Source: Arachnia sp.
Lineage (GTDB): Bacteria > Actinomycetota > Actinomycetes > Propionibacteriales > Propionibacteriaceae
Direction of reading: 5' to 3'
Length of the DNA stretch: 64,000 nt
Assembly: GCA_052089385.1 (NCBI GenBank)
Contig: JBQCZU010000004.1
Coordinates: forward strand, 42,269 to 106,268
In this document: in pieces, positions 56,024 to 64,000 of the stretch
Position numbering within the stretch: position 1 is the stretch's first letter
Layout of the letters: each line of letters begins with the position of its first letter
Made by a program: the position numbers and the translations under genes
Notes under the pieces: generated by a model
Told to the model about the DNA's origin: nothing
Database searches by the model: none
What the model saw: the letters and a program-made list of their open reading frames with translations, nothing else

Positions 56024-57709
56024 ATGGCAACAACTCATCCCGACAACCTGTCCACCCCACCGCCCCTGAAGCCTGGTGCGCTGCGGATCACCCCCCTCGG
56101 AGGTCTGGGGGAGATCGGGCGCAACATGACCGTCTTCGAGCAGGACGGCAAACTCCTCGTGATGGATTGTGGCGTCCTTTTTCCCGAAGAGCACCAGCCA
56201 GGCATCGATGTGATCCTGCCCGACTTCACGTCGCTGCTCGATCGCATCGACCAGGTGGAAGCCATCGTCCTGACCCACGGCCATGAGGACCACATTGGTG
56301 GCGTCCCCTACCTCCTCAAGGAACGCGCTGACATCCCGGTGATCGGATCCCAGCTGACCCTGGCGTTCATCGAGGCCAAGCTCAAGGAGCACCGGATCCG
56401 TCCGGTCAAGGTGGAAGTCGCGGCCGGCGATCTTCACCAGGCCGGGCCCTTCGGCCTGGAGTTCGCCGCGGTCAACCACTCCATCCCTGACGGTCTCGCC
56501 GTGGCAGTCCGCACCAAGGCCGGACTGGTTCTCAACACCGGTGACTTCAAGATGGACCAGTTCCCGCTGGACGACCGCATCACCGACCTGCGCGCCTTCG
56601 CCCGCTTCGGTGAGGAGGGCGTGGACCTGTTCATGGTGGACTCCACCAACGCTGAGGTCCCGGGCTTCACCACAGCTGAGCGGGAACTGGCCCCGGCCAT
56701 CGACCAGGTGTTTGCGACGGCTCCCCGCCGGATCATCGTTTCCAGCTTCGCCAGTCATGTGCACCGTATCCAGCAGATCCTGGACGCGGCGCACAAGCAC
56801 GGTCGCAAGGTGGCATTTGTGGGACGCTCGATGGTGCGCAACATGGGGATTGCCAGCGATCTGGGATACCTGAATGTGCCCCGCGGCCTGCTCGTTGACT
56901 TCAAGAAGCTCGGCTCAATGCCCGAGAACAAGGTCACCCTGGTCTGCACAGGGTCCCAGGGTGAGCCGATGGCGGCGCTCTCACGCATGGCCAACAATGA
57001 CCACCAGATCCGGATCTCTGAGGGCGACACGGTGCTGCTGGCGAGCTCGTTGATTCCGGGCAACGAGAGCGCCATCTACTCCATCATCAACAAGCTCACC
57101 GATCTGGGCGCCAAGGTAGTCCACAAGGGCAACGCCAAGGTCCACGTCTCCGGCCACGCGAGCGCGGGCGAGCTTGTGTACTGCTACAACATCATCAAGC
57201 CGCGCAACGTGTTGCCGATCCATGGTGAGTCCAAGCATCTCCACGCCAATGCGGAGCTGGCGATTCGCACAGGTGTCGACCCCGACCGCGTGATCGTTGC
57301 CAGGGATGGCATGACGATCGACCTCGTCGATGGCCGGGCCAGGATTTCAGGGAGAGTACAGGCGGGGCTGGTCTACGTCGACGGAAAGACCGTGGGCCGT
57401 GCAACCGACGACACCCTCCAGGAACGCCAAATGCTGCGTGACGGTGGAATCGTGACCGTCCTCGCGTTGATTGACCCTGCCACCAACACCCTGGCCGAGC
57501 CGCTCGAGTTCCTGAGCCGGGGCTTCGTCCATGACGAGCACACCTTCGATGGTGCGGCCGCTGAAGTGAAGAGGGCCCTGCAGAAGGTCTCGGGGCAGAG
57601 GATCGAGGGAGACCAGCTGGAGGCGACCATCGGTGGTGCCGTGGGCCGCTACATTCAGCGGACCTACCGTCGCGCTCCCGTCGTCATCGCGATCGTCGTC
57701 GACGCCTGA
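56024..57709 (+). CDS. rnj: Ribonuclease J
   Basis: Metallo-beta-lactamase HGHEDHIGG, a beta-CASP region and a C-terminal domain. 561 aa. Confidence 0.95.
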   Translation: MATTHPDNLSTPPPLKPGALRITPLGGLGEIGRNMTVFEQDGKLLVMDCGVLFPEEHQPGIDVILPDFTSLLDRIDQVEAIVLTHGHEDHIGGVPYLLKERADIPVIGSQLTLAFIEAKLKEHRIRPVKVEVAAGDLHQAGPFGLEFAAVNHSIPDGLAVAVRTKAGLVLNTGDFKMDQFPLDDRITDLRAFARFGEEGVDLFMVDSTNAEVPGFTTAERELAPAIDQVFATAPRRIIVSSFASHVHRIQQILDAAHKHGRKVAFVGRSMVRNMGIASDLGYLNVPRGLLVDFKKLGSMPENKVTLVCTGSQGEPMAALSRMANNDHQIRISEGDTVLLASSLIPGNESAIYSIINKLTDLGAKVVHKGNAKVHVSGHASAGELVYCYNIIKPRNVLPIHGESKHLHANAELAIRTGVDPDRVIVARDGMTIDLVDGRARISGRVQAGLVYVDGKTVGRATDDTLQERQMLRDGGIVTVLALIDPATNTLAEPLEFLSRGFVHDEHTFDGAAAEVKRALQKVSGQRIEGDQLEATIGGAVGRYIQRTYRRAPVVIAIVVDA

Positions 57710-57727
57710 GAACCACCCAACGACAAA

Positions 57728-57768
57728 GACTCCGGGGAGGTCCGCCGAAAGCGGGCCTCCCCGGAGTC
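57728..57768. terminator. Bidirectional stem-loop terminator between convergent rnj and galE
   Basis: GACTCCGGGGAGGTCCGC-CGAAA-GCGGGCCTCCCCGGAGTC forms an 18-bp stem with one G-U pair. Confidence 0.7.
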
Positions 57769-57805
57769 CTGTGGTTGCGGGCACCAATTCTTCGGCTTGA
57801 GGACC

Positions 57806-58795
57806 TCAGTAGCCGAGCATGTCCTTGCGGACCGGGAGCCAAGCGATGGCGTCGCGGACCGCATCGGTCTCAGTGAGTTGTGCTTCCCATCCGAGGACGT
57901 CCTTGGCTTTCTTGCTGATGGTGTAGACGCCGGCGACGTCACCCGGGCGGGACTCACCGAACCTCACCTGCAGCGGGTCACCACTGATCTCCTCGAAGGA
58001 GGCAGCAAGTTCCTTGACCGTGACACCGTTGCCGGTGCCAATGTTGAACTTCTCGTAGCGCTCGGTGGCCGTGGCCTTGTCGAAGCCCTCGAGGGCCGCG
58101 ACGTGGGCGCGTGCGAGGTCCCAGACGTGAATGAAGTCGCGAATCCCGGATCCGTCGCGCGTTGGCCAGTTCACGCCGGTCACCGTGAAGATCTCCTTGT
58201 TCTCCCAGGCCTGGAGGAGCATGGCCAACACGTGGCTCGGCTTCTTGAGTTGCTGGCCGGAGCGCAGCTTCGGATCTGTGCCGATGGGGTTGAAGTACCG
58301 CAGGCTGAGCATGCGCACGTCGCTTGCAGCGGCGAAGTCCTCCATCACCAGTTCCACCATGTACTTGGTGCGGGCGTAGGGGGAACCGGGGGCCAGAGGG
58401 GAGGCTTCCGTGACCACGAAGTGTGCGTCCGGGGCGTAAATGGAGGCCGATGAGCTGAACAGGAAACGGTGCACACCATGGCGCTGCATGGCCTGCATCA
58501 GGGTCAGCGTTTTGGAGACGTTGTTCTCGTAGTAGGACAGCGGCTCGGCAACGGATTCTGGCACGATGATTTTCGCCGCGCAGTGCACGACAGCATCGAC
58601 GCCCTGTTCGGTGAACACCCTCTCCAGCAGATCACTGTCGGCCACGTCACCCTCGTAGAGGGGCCGGTCCCCGATGAACTCGCGACGACCGGTGGAGAAG
58701 TCGTCGAGAATGACCACGCTGTGGCCCGCATCCTCGCAGGCCGAAGCGACGGTGCTGCCGATGTAGCCGGCTCCGCCAGTGATGAGTACCTTCAT
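57806..58795 (-). CDS. galE: UDP-glucose 4-epimerase
   Basis: MKVLITGGAGYIGS Rossmann motif and YARTKYMVE (YxxxK). 329 aa from the ATG at 58795. Confidence 0.9.
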   Translation of the reverse strand: MKVLITGGAGYIGSTVASACEDAGHSVVILDDFSTGRREFIGDRPLYEGDVADSDLLERVFTEQGVDAVVHCAAKIIVPESVAEPLSYYENNVSKTLTLMQAMQRHGVHRFLFSSSASIYAPDAHFVVTEASPLAPGSPYARTKYMVELVMEDFAAASDVRMLSLRYFNPIGTDPKLRSGQQLKKPSHVLAMLLQAWENKEIFTVTGVNWPTRDGSGIRDFIHVWDLARAHVAALEGFDKATATERYEKFNIGTGNGVTVKELAASFEEISGDPLQVRFGESRPGDVAGVYTISKKAKDVLGWEAQLTETDAVRDAIAWLPVRKDMLGY

Positions 58796-58942
58796 GCTGT
58801 CCTCTCGTGACACGACTGTGGAGCTTCCATCATAGGACTTGCAGGATTCTTCGACGGCGGGGGTCTTCAAAGAGAGCGGTCGCGTTGCGCGGTCTGGGAT
58901 GATGATGAATGAGTCACAGTCGACCATTGAGGAGGCCCAGAC

Positions 58943-59398
58943 ATGGCCGAATGGAAGCAGTTGCACCCAGCCATCACTGGAGTGGTGCAGAAACTACCGG
59001 AGAGCGCCTATCTGGCAATGCGAAACAATGCGTGCCTGATGCAGTTCGCCCGGGTGGAGGTAGCGGAAGACCACGTTCTGCGGGCGGAGGTGTGCAGGGA
59101 CTCAGTAGAGGATGAGCCGAGGCTGCGCACCAAGGGATGGGAACTCGTTGATTCATGGTCCGGGCTCTGGCGGCGTGACATTCCCGGCGGATCCGACGGC
59201 GATGCTGTCAGCGCGCTTGTCCTCGAAGCGATCGCCGCGTTGCGCATGTCCGGCGTCAGGGACCCGGACGGCTTCACATATCTCTCGTGGCAGGAAGCGC
59301 CGCCAAAGGCTGGGTGGCAGTTCTGGAAAGCAGGCAAGGACAAGGAACTGACATGGCCGGATCTGGGCCTGAGGCCCGGGAAGGACCAAGGCGACTGA
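58943..59398 (+). CDS. Hypothetical protein (151 aa, Trp-rich)
   Basis: Coding-like codon usage. It ends in a strong hairpin. No motif was recognised. Confidence 0.45.
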   Translation: MAEWKQLHPAITGVVQKLPESAYLAMRNNACLMQFARVEVAEDHVLRAEVCRDSVEDEPRLRTKGWELVDSWSGLWRRDIPGGSDGDAVSALVLEAIAALRMSGVRDPDGFTYLSWQEAPPKAGWQFWKAGKDKELTWPDLGLRPGKDQGD

Positions 59399-59418
59399 CG
59401 CCTCTGGCAGAGGCGTCA
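59396..59418. terminator. Stem-loop between the convergent hypothetical gene and the ABC exporter
   Basis: TGACGCCTCTG-G-CAGAGGCGTCA has 11-nt arms. It includes the TGA stop of the upstream gene. Confidence 0.6.
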
Positions 59419-59434
59419 GTGGCTCACGAAATCC

Positions 59435-61231
59435 TCAGCTGGTGATCTCGTAGCTGAGCAGCTTGGCCCGGTCAGCCTTGGACGTGGAGCCCTGCAGCGC
59501 CAGGAGTTCGGCATAGATGCCTCCGGAGAGTGCCAGTTCGCCGGGCGTTCCGATCTCGTCGATCTGGCCATTGCGCAACGTGACAATGCGGTCCACAGAC
59601 GAAATGGTGGAGAGCCGGTGCGCGATGATGAGCGTGGTGCGGCCCTGCATCAGTTCCTCCAGGCCAGCCTGCACCAACCGTTCGGATTTGGTGTCAAGCG
59701 CTGAGGTTGCCTCATCCAGCACCAGGATGGGGGCATCCTTGAGCAACGCCCGGGCCACGGAGATCCGCTGCTTCTGACCGCCGGAAAGTTTGATGCCGCG
59801 CTCCCCGATTTCGGTGTCGAAGCCTGCCGGCAACTTCTGGATGAAGGGCAGGGCATTGGCCCGCCGCGCAGCGGCGGTCAATTCCTCGTCGGTGGCATGG
59901 GGCCGTCCGTAGGCCAGGTTTTCCCGAATCGTTCCGGAGAACAGGGAGGCGTCCTGGAAGACCACGCCGATCTCATGGCGCAAAGCCTCGGTGGGGACCT
60001 CCGTGACGGACTGTCCGTGAACGTTGATGGTGCCGCGGGTGGGCGCGTAGAGCTTCATCAGAAGGTTCACGAGCGTCGTCTTCCCTCCGCCCGATTCACC
60101 GACGAAGGCCACTCGCTCCCCGCGATGGATGGCGAGATCGATGTCTGTCAGGACGAGGACGCCTTCGTCGTAGCCGAAGCTGACGCCGTCGAAGTCGATG
60201 ACCGGATCGTGCTCCACCCATTGCACCTCGGCCACGGCGTCGGTCTCCAACGGATTGTTGGGCTCGTCCAGTTCAGCCATCACCATGAAGTATTCCTGGC
60301 TGCCGGTGATGGCCCGCTGCCAGCTGTCCACGAGGTAGCTCATGGATTCCACTGGCTGCTTGGCCATGTTGACGAGCTGGATCAGCAACACCATCGTGCC
60401 GAGGGTGAAGTCACCCTGAGCCGTCGAGACGAAGATGACGGCGTAGAGGCCGAAGAAGACGACGTCGAGCGCCCCGCGCCGGGCAACGTCCATCTGGTGC
60501 CAGAACTTGGACTGGGAGCGCGTCAAGGTCACGGTTTCGTCGTACTTGTCGGTGAACGCATCGAGCTCTGAGCGCTCAGTGACGAAGGACTTCACCACGC
60601 GCATCTGGCCGATGACCTCGGCGAAACGCCCACCTGCCACGTCGTAGAGAACGTTCTTCTTGCGCTCCCAGACCTGCCATTTTCGTGACGTCAGAGCGGT
60701 CAGCCCGATGAAGGTGGGGTAGATGATGATCAGCATCAGCGCGAGCCAGGGAGAGTTGAACCCGGCGATCACCAGGACCGCGACCACCGTGATGAGCGTG
60801 GTGAAGAACCCGTTTGAGAACATCTTCAGGAAGTCTGTGATGGACGTCAGGGAACGGTTCAGACGCGAGATCAGGGTGCCGGTGAGCTCGGAATCGTAGT
60901 ACCTCTGGGGGAGACGCAGCAGTTTGTGGAAGTAGCGCTGGGACAGGATTACCCTGAGTCGGGTGCTCATGAGGTCGCCCATGTAGCCGCCGATGTTGGA
61001 GACCACCGAGTTCGTCAACATGATGCCCAGTAGCGCCAGAGCCAGCCAGATCAGGTTGGAGACCTGGCCCTCGCCGCCCCCTGTGATGGACTCCACCTGG
61101 GTGACGGCTTCGGCGATGACGAAGGGGGCCAGCAGTGCCGTGACGGATGTGACGACGGCTGCCACGACAATGCCGAAATAGAGGGGCCACAACTCGCGGG
61201 CTGTGGCCAGGATGCGAGTGATGCTCTTCAT
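59435..61231 (-). CDS. ABC exporter, fused permease/ATPase (MsbA/MdlB-type half transporter)
   Basis: Six-TM N-terminal domain. Walker A GESGGGKTT, signature LSGGQKQR and Walker B ILVLDEATS. Confidence 0.9.
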   Translation of the reverse strand: MKSITRILATARELWPLYFGIVVAAVVTSVTALLAPFVIAEAVTQVESITGGGEGQVSNLIWLALALLGIMLTNSVVSNIGGYMGDLMSTRLRVILSQRYFHKLLRLPQRYYDSELTGTLISRLNRSLTSITDFLKMFSNGFFTTLITVVAVLVIAGFNSPWLALMLIIIYPTFIGLTALTSRKWQVWERKKNVLYDVAGGRFAEVIGQMRVVKSFVTERSELDAFTDKYDETVTLTRSQSKFWHQMDVARRGALDVVFFGLYAVIFVSTAQGDFTLGTMVLLIQLVNMAKQPVESMSYLVDSWQRAITGSQEYFMVMAELDEPNNPLETDAVAEVQWVEHDPVIDFDGVSFGYDEGVLVLTDIDLAIHRGERVAFVGESGGGKTTLVNLLMKLYAPTRGTINVHGQSVTEVPTEALRHEIGVVFQDASLFSGTIRENLAYGRPHATDEELTAAARRANALPFIQKLPAGFDTEIGERGIKLSGGQKQRISVARALLKDAPILVLDEATSALDTKSERLVQAGLEELMQGRTTLIIAHRLSTISSVDRIVTLRNGQIDEIGTPGELALSGGIYAELLALQGSTSKADRAKLLSYEITS

Positions 61232-61331
61232 GTACTGCTTTCACGCGTGGACCGGGCAAGGTCTCCCATTCTCCACCCAGGGGTCAAGGATTCCGCATCG
61301 TGAACGCCGCGCGCGACGGATCAGTGGTTCC

Positions 61332-62489
61332 TTAGATGCTGGCCGGGATCCAGGGGCAGCTCGGATCGGATGTGAAGGCGTCGCCGGTCATGGCGTGTGT
61401 GCGTGCTCGGGAACCACCACAGATGCTGTTGTACTCACACACGCCGCACTTGCCGGAGAACTCCTCCGTGCGGCGCAACTTCTGCATCGTCGGCGACGTG
61501 CGGTAGATCTCGCTGAACGCCATGTCATGCACGGACCCGCAGGGGATGGGTAGGAACCCGCTGGGGAACACCTCACCGATGTGGTCAATGAAGGCGAATC
61601 CGCGGCCGGCATCGACACCGATCGGGGGGCGCGGCACGCGTCGGTCGGTGCAGACGCCGAGGCGCTCCAGTGTTTCGGCACTGAGCTGGGCGTGGAGTTC
61701 GCCTGTGGCCGGCATGGGGGTGCCGTTGGTCCGGGCAGACTCACGCTGCAGGGCGAGACGACGATAGGCCGGTGCTTCGGTGACCTTGATGGCAACCCGG
61801 TCTGACTCGTCGTGCAACCAGTTGAGGACGTCCTCCATGGCGTCGGGTTCCAGTGGCTGCATGCCGGTGCCACGGCCCATGGGGACGAGAAACAGCAGGT
61901 ACCACATGTGGGCGCCCATCTCGATGGCCTTCTCCAGGAGGGCTGGCATCTCGTGGACATTGCCGGCAGTGATGGTGGTGTTCACGTGAAAACGGAAGCC
62001 GTGCTTGCGGACCAGTTTTGCAGCGTCGAGAGTGGCGTCGAAGGTTCCCGAAAACCCACGGAAGGAGTCGTGGGTGGCGGCGGTGGCGCCGTCGAGGGAC
62101 AAAGAGAAGGCTTTGACGCCGGCCTCGCGTACCTCCGCGAGACGCTCGTCGGTCAACAATGGGGTGGCGGAGGGGGACAGCGACATTGCAAGGCCCCGGG
62201 ATGTGCCGTGCTCGATCAACTCGTTCAGATCGGGCCGCTCGAAGGCGTCGCCCCCGGAGAGGATGACCATGGGGCGTGGGGTGCCTGAATCGGCGATGTC
62301 GTCGAGAAGGGCTTTGCCCTCAGACGTCGTGAGCTGGCGGGGATGGGGGAGCTTCTGAGCGTCGGCGCGACAGTGCTTGCAGGCCAGTTGGCATGCCCGG
62401 GTCACTTCCCAGACCACGACGTGTGGCCGGTCGTTGACGTCGTGGTGCAGTTGCCGAACCACCGGGTGGCTACGTGCTGTGGTGCTCAA
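61332..62489 (-). CDS. Radical SAM / SPASM-domain enzyme (NirJ/AhbD/PqqE-like, function unknown)
   Basis: VVWEVTRACQLACKHCRA (CX3CX2C). The C-terminal auxiliary-cluster region is GKCGVCEYNSICGGSRARTHA...DPSCPW. The likely TTG start at 62489 follows GAGGGA. The tracked ORF extends further upstream in frame. Confidence 0.8.
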   Translation of the reverse strand: MSTTARSHPVVRQLHHDVNDRPHVVVWEVTRACQLACKHCRADAQKLPHPRQLTTSEGKALLDDIADSGTPRPMVILSGGDAFERPDLNELIEHGTSRGLAMSLSPSATPLLTDERLAEVREAGVKAFSLSLDGATAATHDSFRGFSGTFDATLDAAKLVRKHGFRFHVNTTITAGNVHEMPALLEKAIEMGAHMWYLLFLVPMGRGTGMQPLEPDAMEDVLNWLHDESDRVAIKVTEAPAYRRLALQRESARTNGTPMPATGELHAQLSAETLERLGVCTDRRVPRPPIGVDAGRGFAFIDHIGEVFPSGFLPIPCGSVHDMAFSEIYRTSPTMQKLRRTEEFSGKCGVCEYNSICGGSRARTHAMTGDAFTSDPSCPWIPASI

Positions 62490-62685
62490 GGAAGGTCCCT
62501 CCGAATGGCGATGCCTGCACGCTACCGAGGCCCCTTCGAGGCCTCGAGGCCGGGGTCGGGAAACTGTGGCCGGTTGTTGGCCGGACACGCCGCATCTACT
62601 GTCCACCTCGACGCATACGTGCGCGGTGGACAGCGGATACGGCATGTCGGGTCGGGGCGAAAGAGTACCGACGCCCACACCGCAG

Positions 62686-63603
62686 TCAGCGGATGCCCGT
62701 GCGGGCAAACCCCTGGACGAAGTAGCGCTGGAATACGAGGAACAGCAACACCATCGGTGTCACGTTGATCAGGGCGAAGGCCATCGTCGCGCCGTACTCG
62801 GACCCGAATTGGCCCTGCAGATACAACAATCCAATCGGCAGGGTGAACAGTTCGTTCTGTTTCAGCGCGATCAGTGGCCAGGCGAAGTCATTCCATGAGG
62901 AGAGCAGGCTCATGAAGAACAACACCGCGATCAGTGGTTTCGACAACGGCAGGACCACGCGGGTGAAGACCTTGATGTGGCCTGCGCCGTCGATGCGTGC
63001 GGCCTCGATCAGTTCACGGGGAATGCCCAGCATGAACTGTCGGGCCAGGAAGATCCCGAAGGCCGACGCGGCTGCGGGCAGGATGACTGCCCAGTAGGTG
63101 CCGTAGAGGTTCATCGACGTGACAAGACGAAACAGCGCCACCATGATCACCTGCACGGGGACCATCAGTGTTGACAGCGCGAGCAGGAACAGAGGGGTCG
63201 CGCCACGGAAGCGCAGGTGAGCGAACGCGTAGCCCGCCAGCAGGTTGAAGACCACGATGATCAGCGCGGTCACCAACGAGATGGCGACGGAGTTGCTGAA
63301 CCATGTCCCCACCGGGAACGCAGCGAATACGCGCTCAAAATTGCTGAACGTGAGCTCTCGTGGCCACAACCGCAATTGGCCCCCCAGTAGTTCGGAGCGT
63401 GTGGACAGGGCCACCACCACCATCCAGTACAGCGGGAACACAAGGATGAGCGACACGATGATGGCCAGCGCTGTGCGCGCTATCAGCCCTGCGCGCGTGC
63501 GCTGAACCCGACGGCGCCGTCGGTCCGTGGTGATGGGGAGTGCACCTGGGGGTGCAGCTGGATCTGCGACGTCCGAGGGAACACGTTCCACGTCCACGCT
63601 CAT
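62686..63603 (-). CDS. ABC sugar transporter permease (MalG-type)
   Basis: EAA loop IEAARIDGAGHIKVFTRVVLP. The ATG at 63603 forms an ATGA overlap with the upstream permease. Confidence 0.9.
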   Translation of the reverse strand: MSVDVERVPSDVADPAAPPGALPITTDRRRRRVQRTRAGLIARTALAIIVSLILVFPLYWMVVVALSTRSELLGGQLRLWPRELTFSNFERVFAAFPVGTWFSNSVAISLVTALIIVVFNLLAGYAFAHLRFRGATPLFLLALSTLMVPVQVIMVALFRLVTSMNLYGTYWAVILPAAASAFGIFLARQFMLGIPRELIEAARIDGAGHIKVFTRVVLPLSKPLIAVLFFMSLLSSWNDFAWPLIALKQNELFTLPIGLLYLQGQFGSEYGATMAFALINVTPMVLLFLVFQRYFVQGFARTGIR

Positions 63604-64000
63604 CCCGTCAGATCCTTCGTCTTGTTGGTCCGCCACTGGATGGCAGTGAAGATCAGCATGAACAGCAACAGGACCATGCCGATGGCCGCGGCGTAGCCCT
63701 GATCACGGGTCACGAAACCCGTCTCGTAGGCGTAGGTGACAAGAACAGATGTGGCGTTCCTGGGACCACCGCCGGTCAGGACGAAGATGATGTCAAAGAC
63801 CTGGAACGAGTAGATGACGTTCATGATCAGCAGGAAAAACGATGAGGGCCCCACCAACGGGACGGTCATGTAGCGGAATCGCTGCCAACCGCTGGCACCA
63901 TCAAGTCGAGCCGCCTCGTAGACGTCCTCGCCGATACCCTGCAGCCCTGCGAGGTAGATGAGCATGTTGAAGCCCACCCGCCACCACAGAGTGATCAGAA
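63600..64000 (-). CDS. ABC sugar transporter permease (MalF-type), 5' end outside the window
   Basis: YEAARLDGASGWQRFRYMTVP EAA loop. The frame stays open to the window edge. Confidence 0.85.
   Translation of the reverse strand, partial: LITLWWRVGFNMLIYLAGLQGIGEDVYEAARLDGASGWQRFRYMTVPLVGPSSFFLLIMNVIYSFQVFDIIFVLTGGGPRNATSVLVTYAYETGFVTRDQGYAAAIGMVLLLFMLIFTAIQWRTNKTKDLTG

Noticed and set aside
61232-62700. RiPP precursor peptide gene next to the radical SAM/SPASM enzyme.
   Set aside because: No separate short ORF with an RBS occurs in either flanking intergenic region. The only upstream coding potential is in frame with the enzyme itself.
1-64000. Mobile elements, prophage, CRISPR arrays or defence systems.
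   Set aside because: No transposase, integrase, recombinase, terminal inverted repeats, spacer-repeat arrays or recognisable defence genes were seen in any frame.

Overview
This is a high-GC (roughly mid-60s %) chromosomal window with an actinobacterial gene repertoire: RamB-type regulator next to isocitrate lyase and malate synthase G, single-Cys LMW-type ArsC, KOR-type 2-oxoacid:ferredoxin oxidoreductase, RNase J, and a DLW-39-like micro-ORF. It is densely coding, and many neighbouring genes have overlapping stop/start codons (ATGA or GTGA). I found no rRNA, tRNA, CRISPR array, transposase or integrase.

Gene order, left to right:
- A sugar-utilisation locus: GH4 hydrolase, DeoR, an ABC uptake system and a PfkB kinase.
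- A molybdopterin oxidoreductase, then feoA-feoB with a translationally coupled Nfu-like gene.
- YibE/F, a rhomboid protease, a LasA-like M23A peptidase and a PBP.
- TerC, an MFS transporter, and ramB divergent from aceA-glcB (glyoxylate shunt).
- An FNT channel and a CoA-binding protein.
- A minus-strand metal(loid) cluster: arsD-arsA-arsC, a Crp/Fnr regulator, an HMA protein and a P1B-ATPase, with a divergent arsR.
- A 10.5 kb translationally coupled sulfate-assimilation and siroheme operon that also contains korAB.
- A second ars module: arsR, arsP-like permease, thioredoxin-like gene and a frameshifted arsB.
- PH-domain membrane proteins, asparaginase, a HisKA_3/LuxR two-component system, a metallophosphoesterase, prfC, rnj, galE, an ABC exporter, a radical SAM/SPASM enzyme and the end of another sugar ABC system.

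The observations most worth a second look:
1. korAB sits inside the assimilatory sulfate-reduction operon, which suggests a dedicated ferredoxin electron supply for sulfite reductase.
2. cysH and cysD form one uninterrupted reading frame.
3. Two ars modules bracket the cys operon. The only arsB is broken by a 1-nt frameshift in a G run.
4. Two near-identical FNR-like palindromes flank a Crp/Fnr regulator upstream of an HMA/P1B-ATPase pair.
5. AT-rich palindromic operator candidates lie in front of the ars genes.

Every functional call rests on motif and sequence recognition by eye. No database search was possible.
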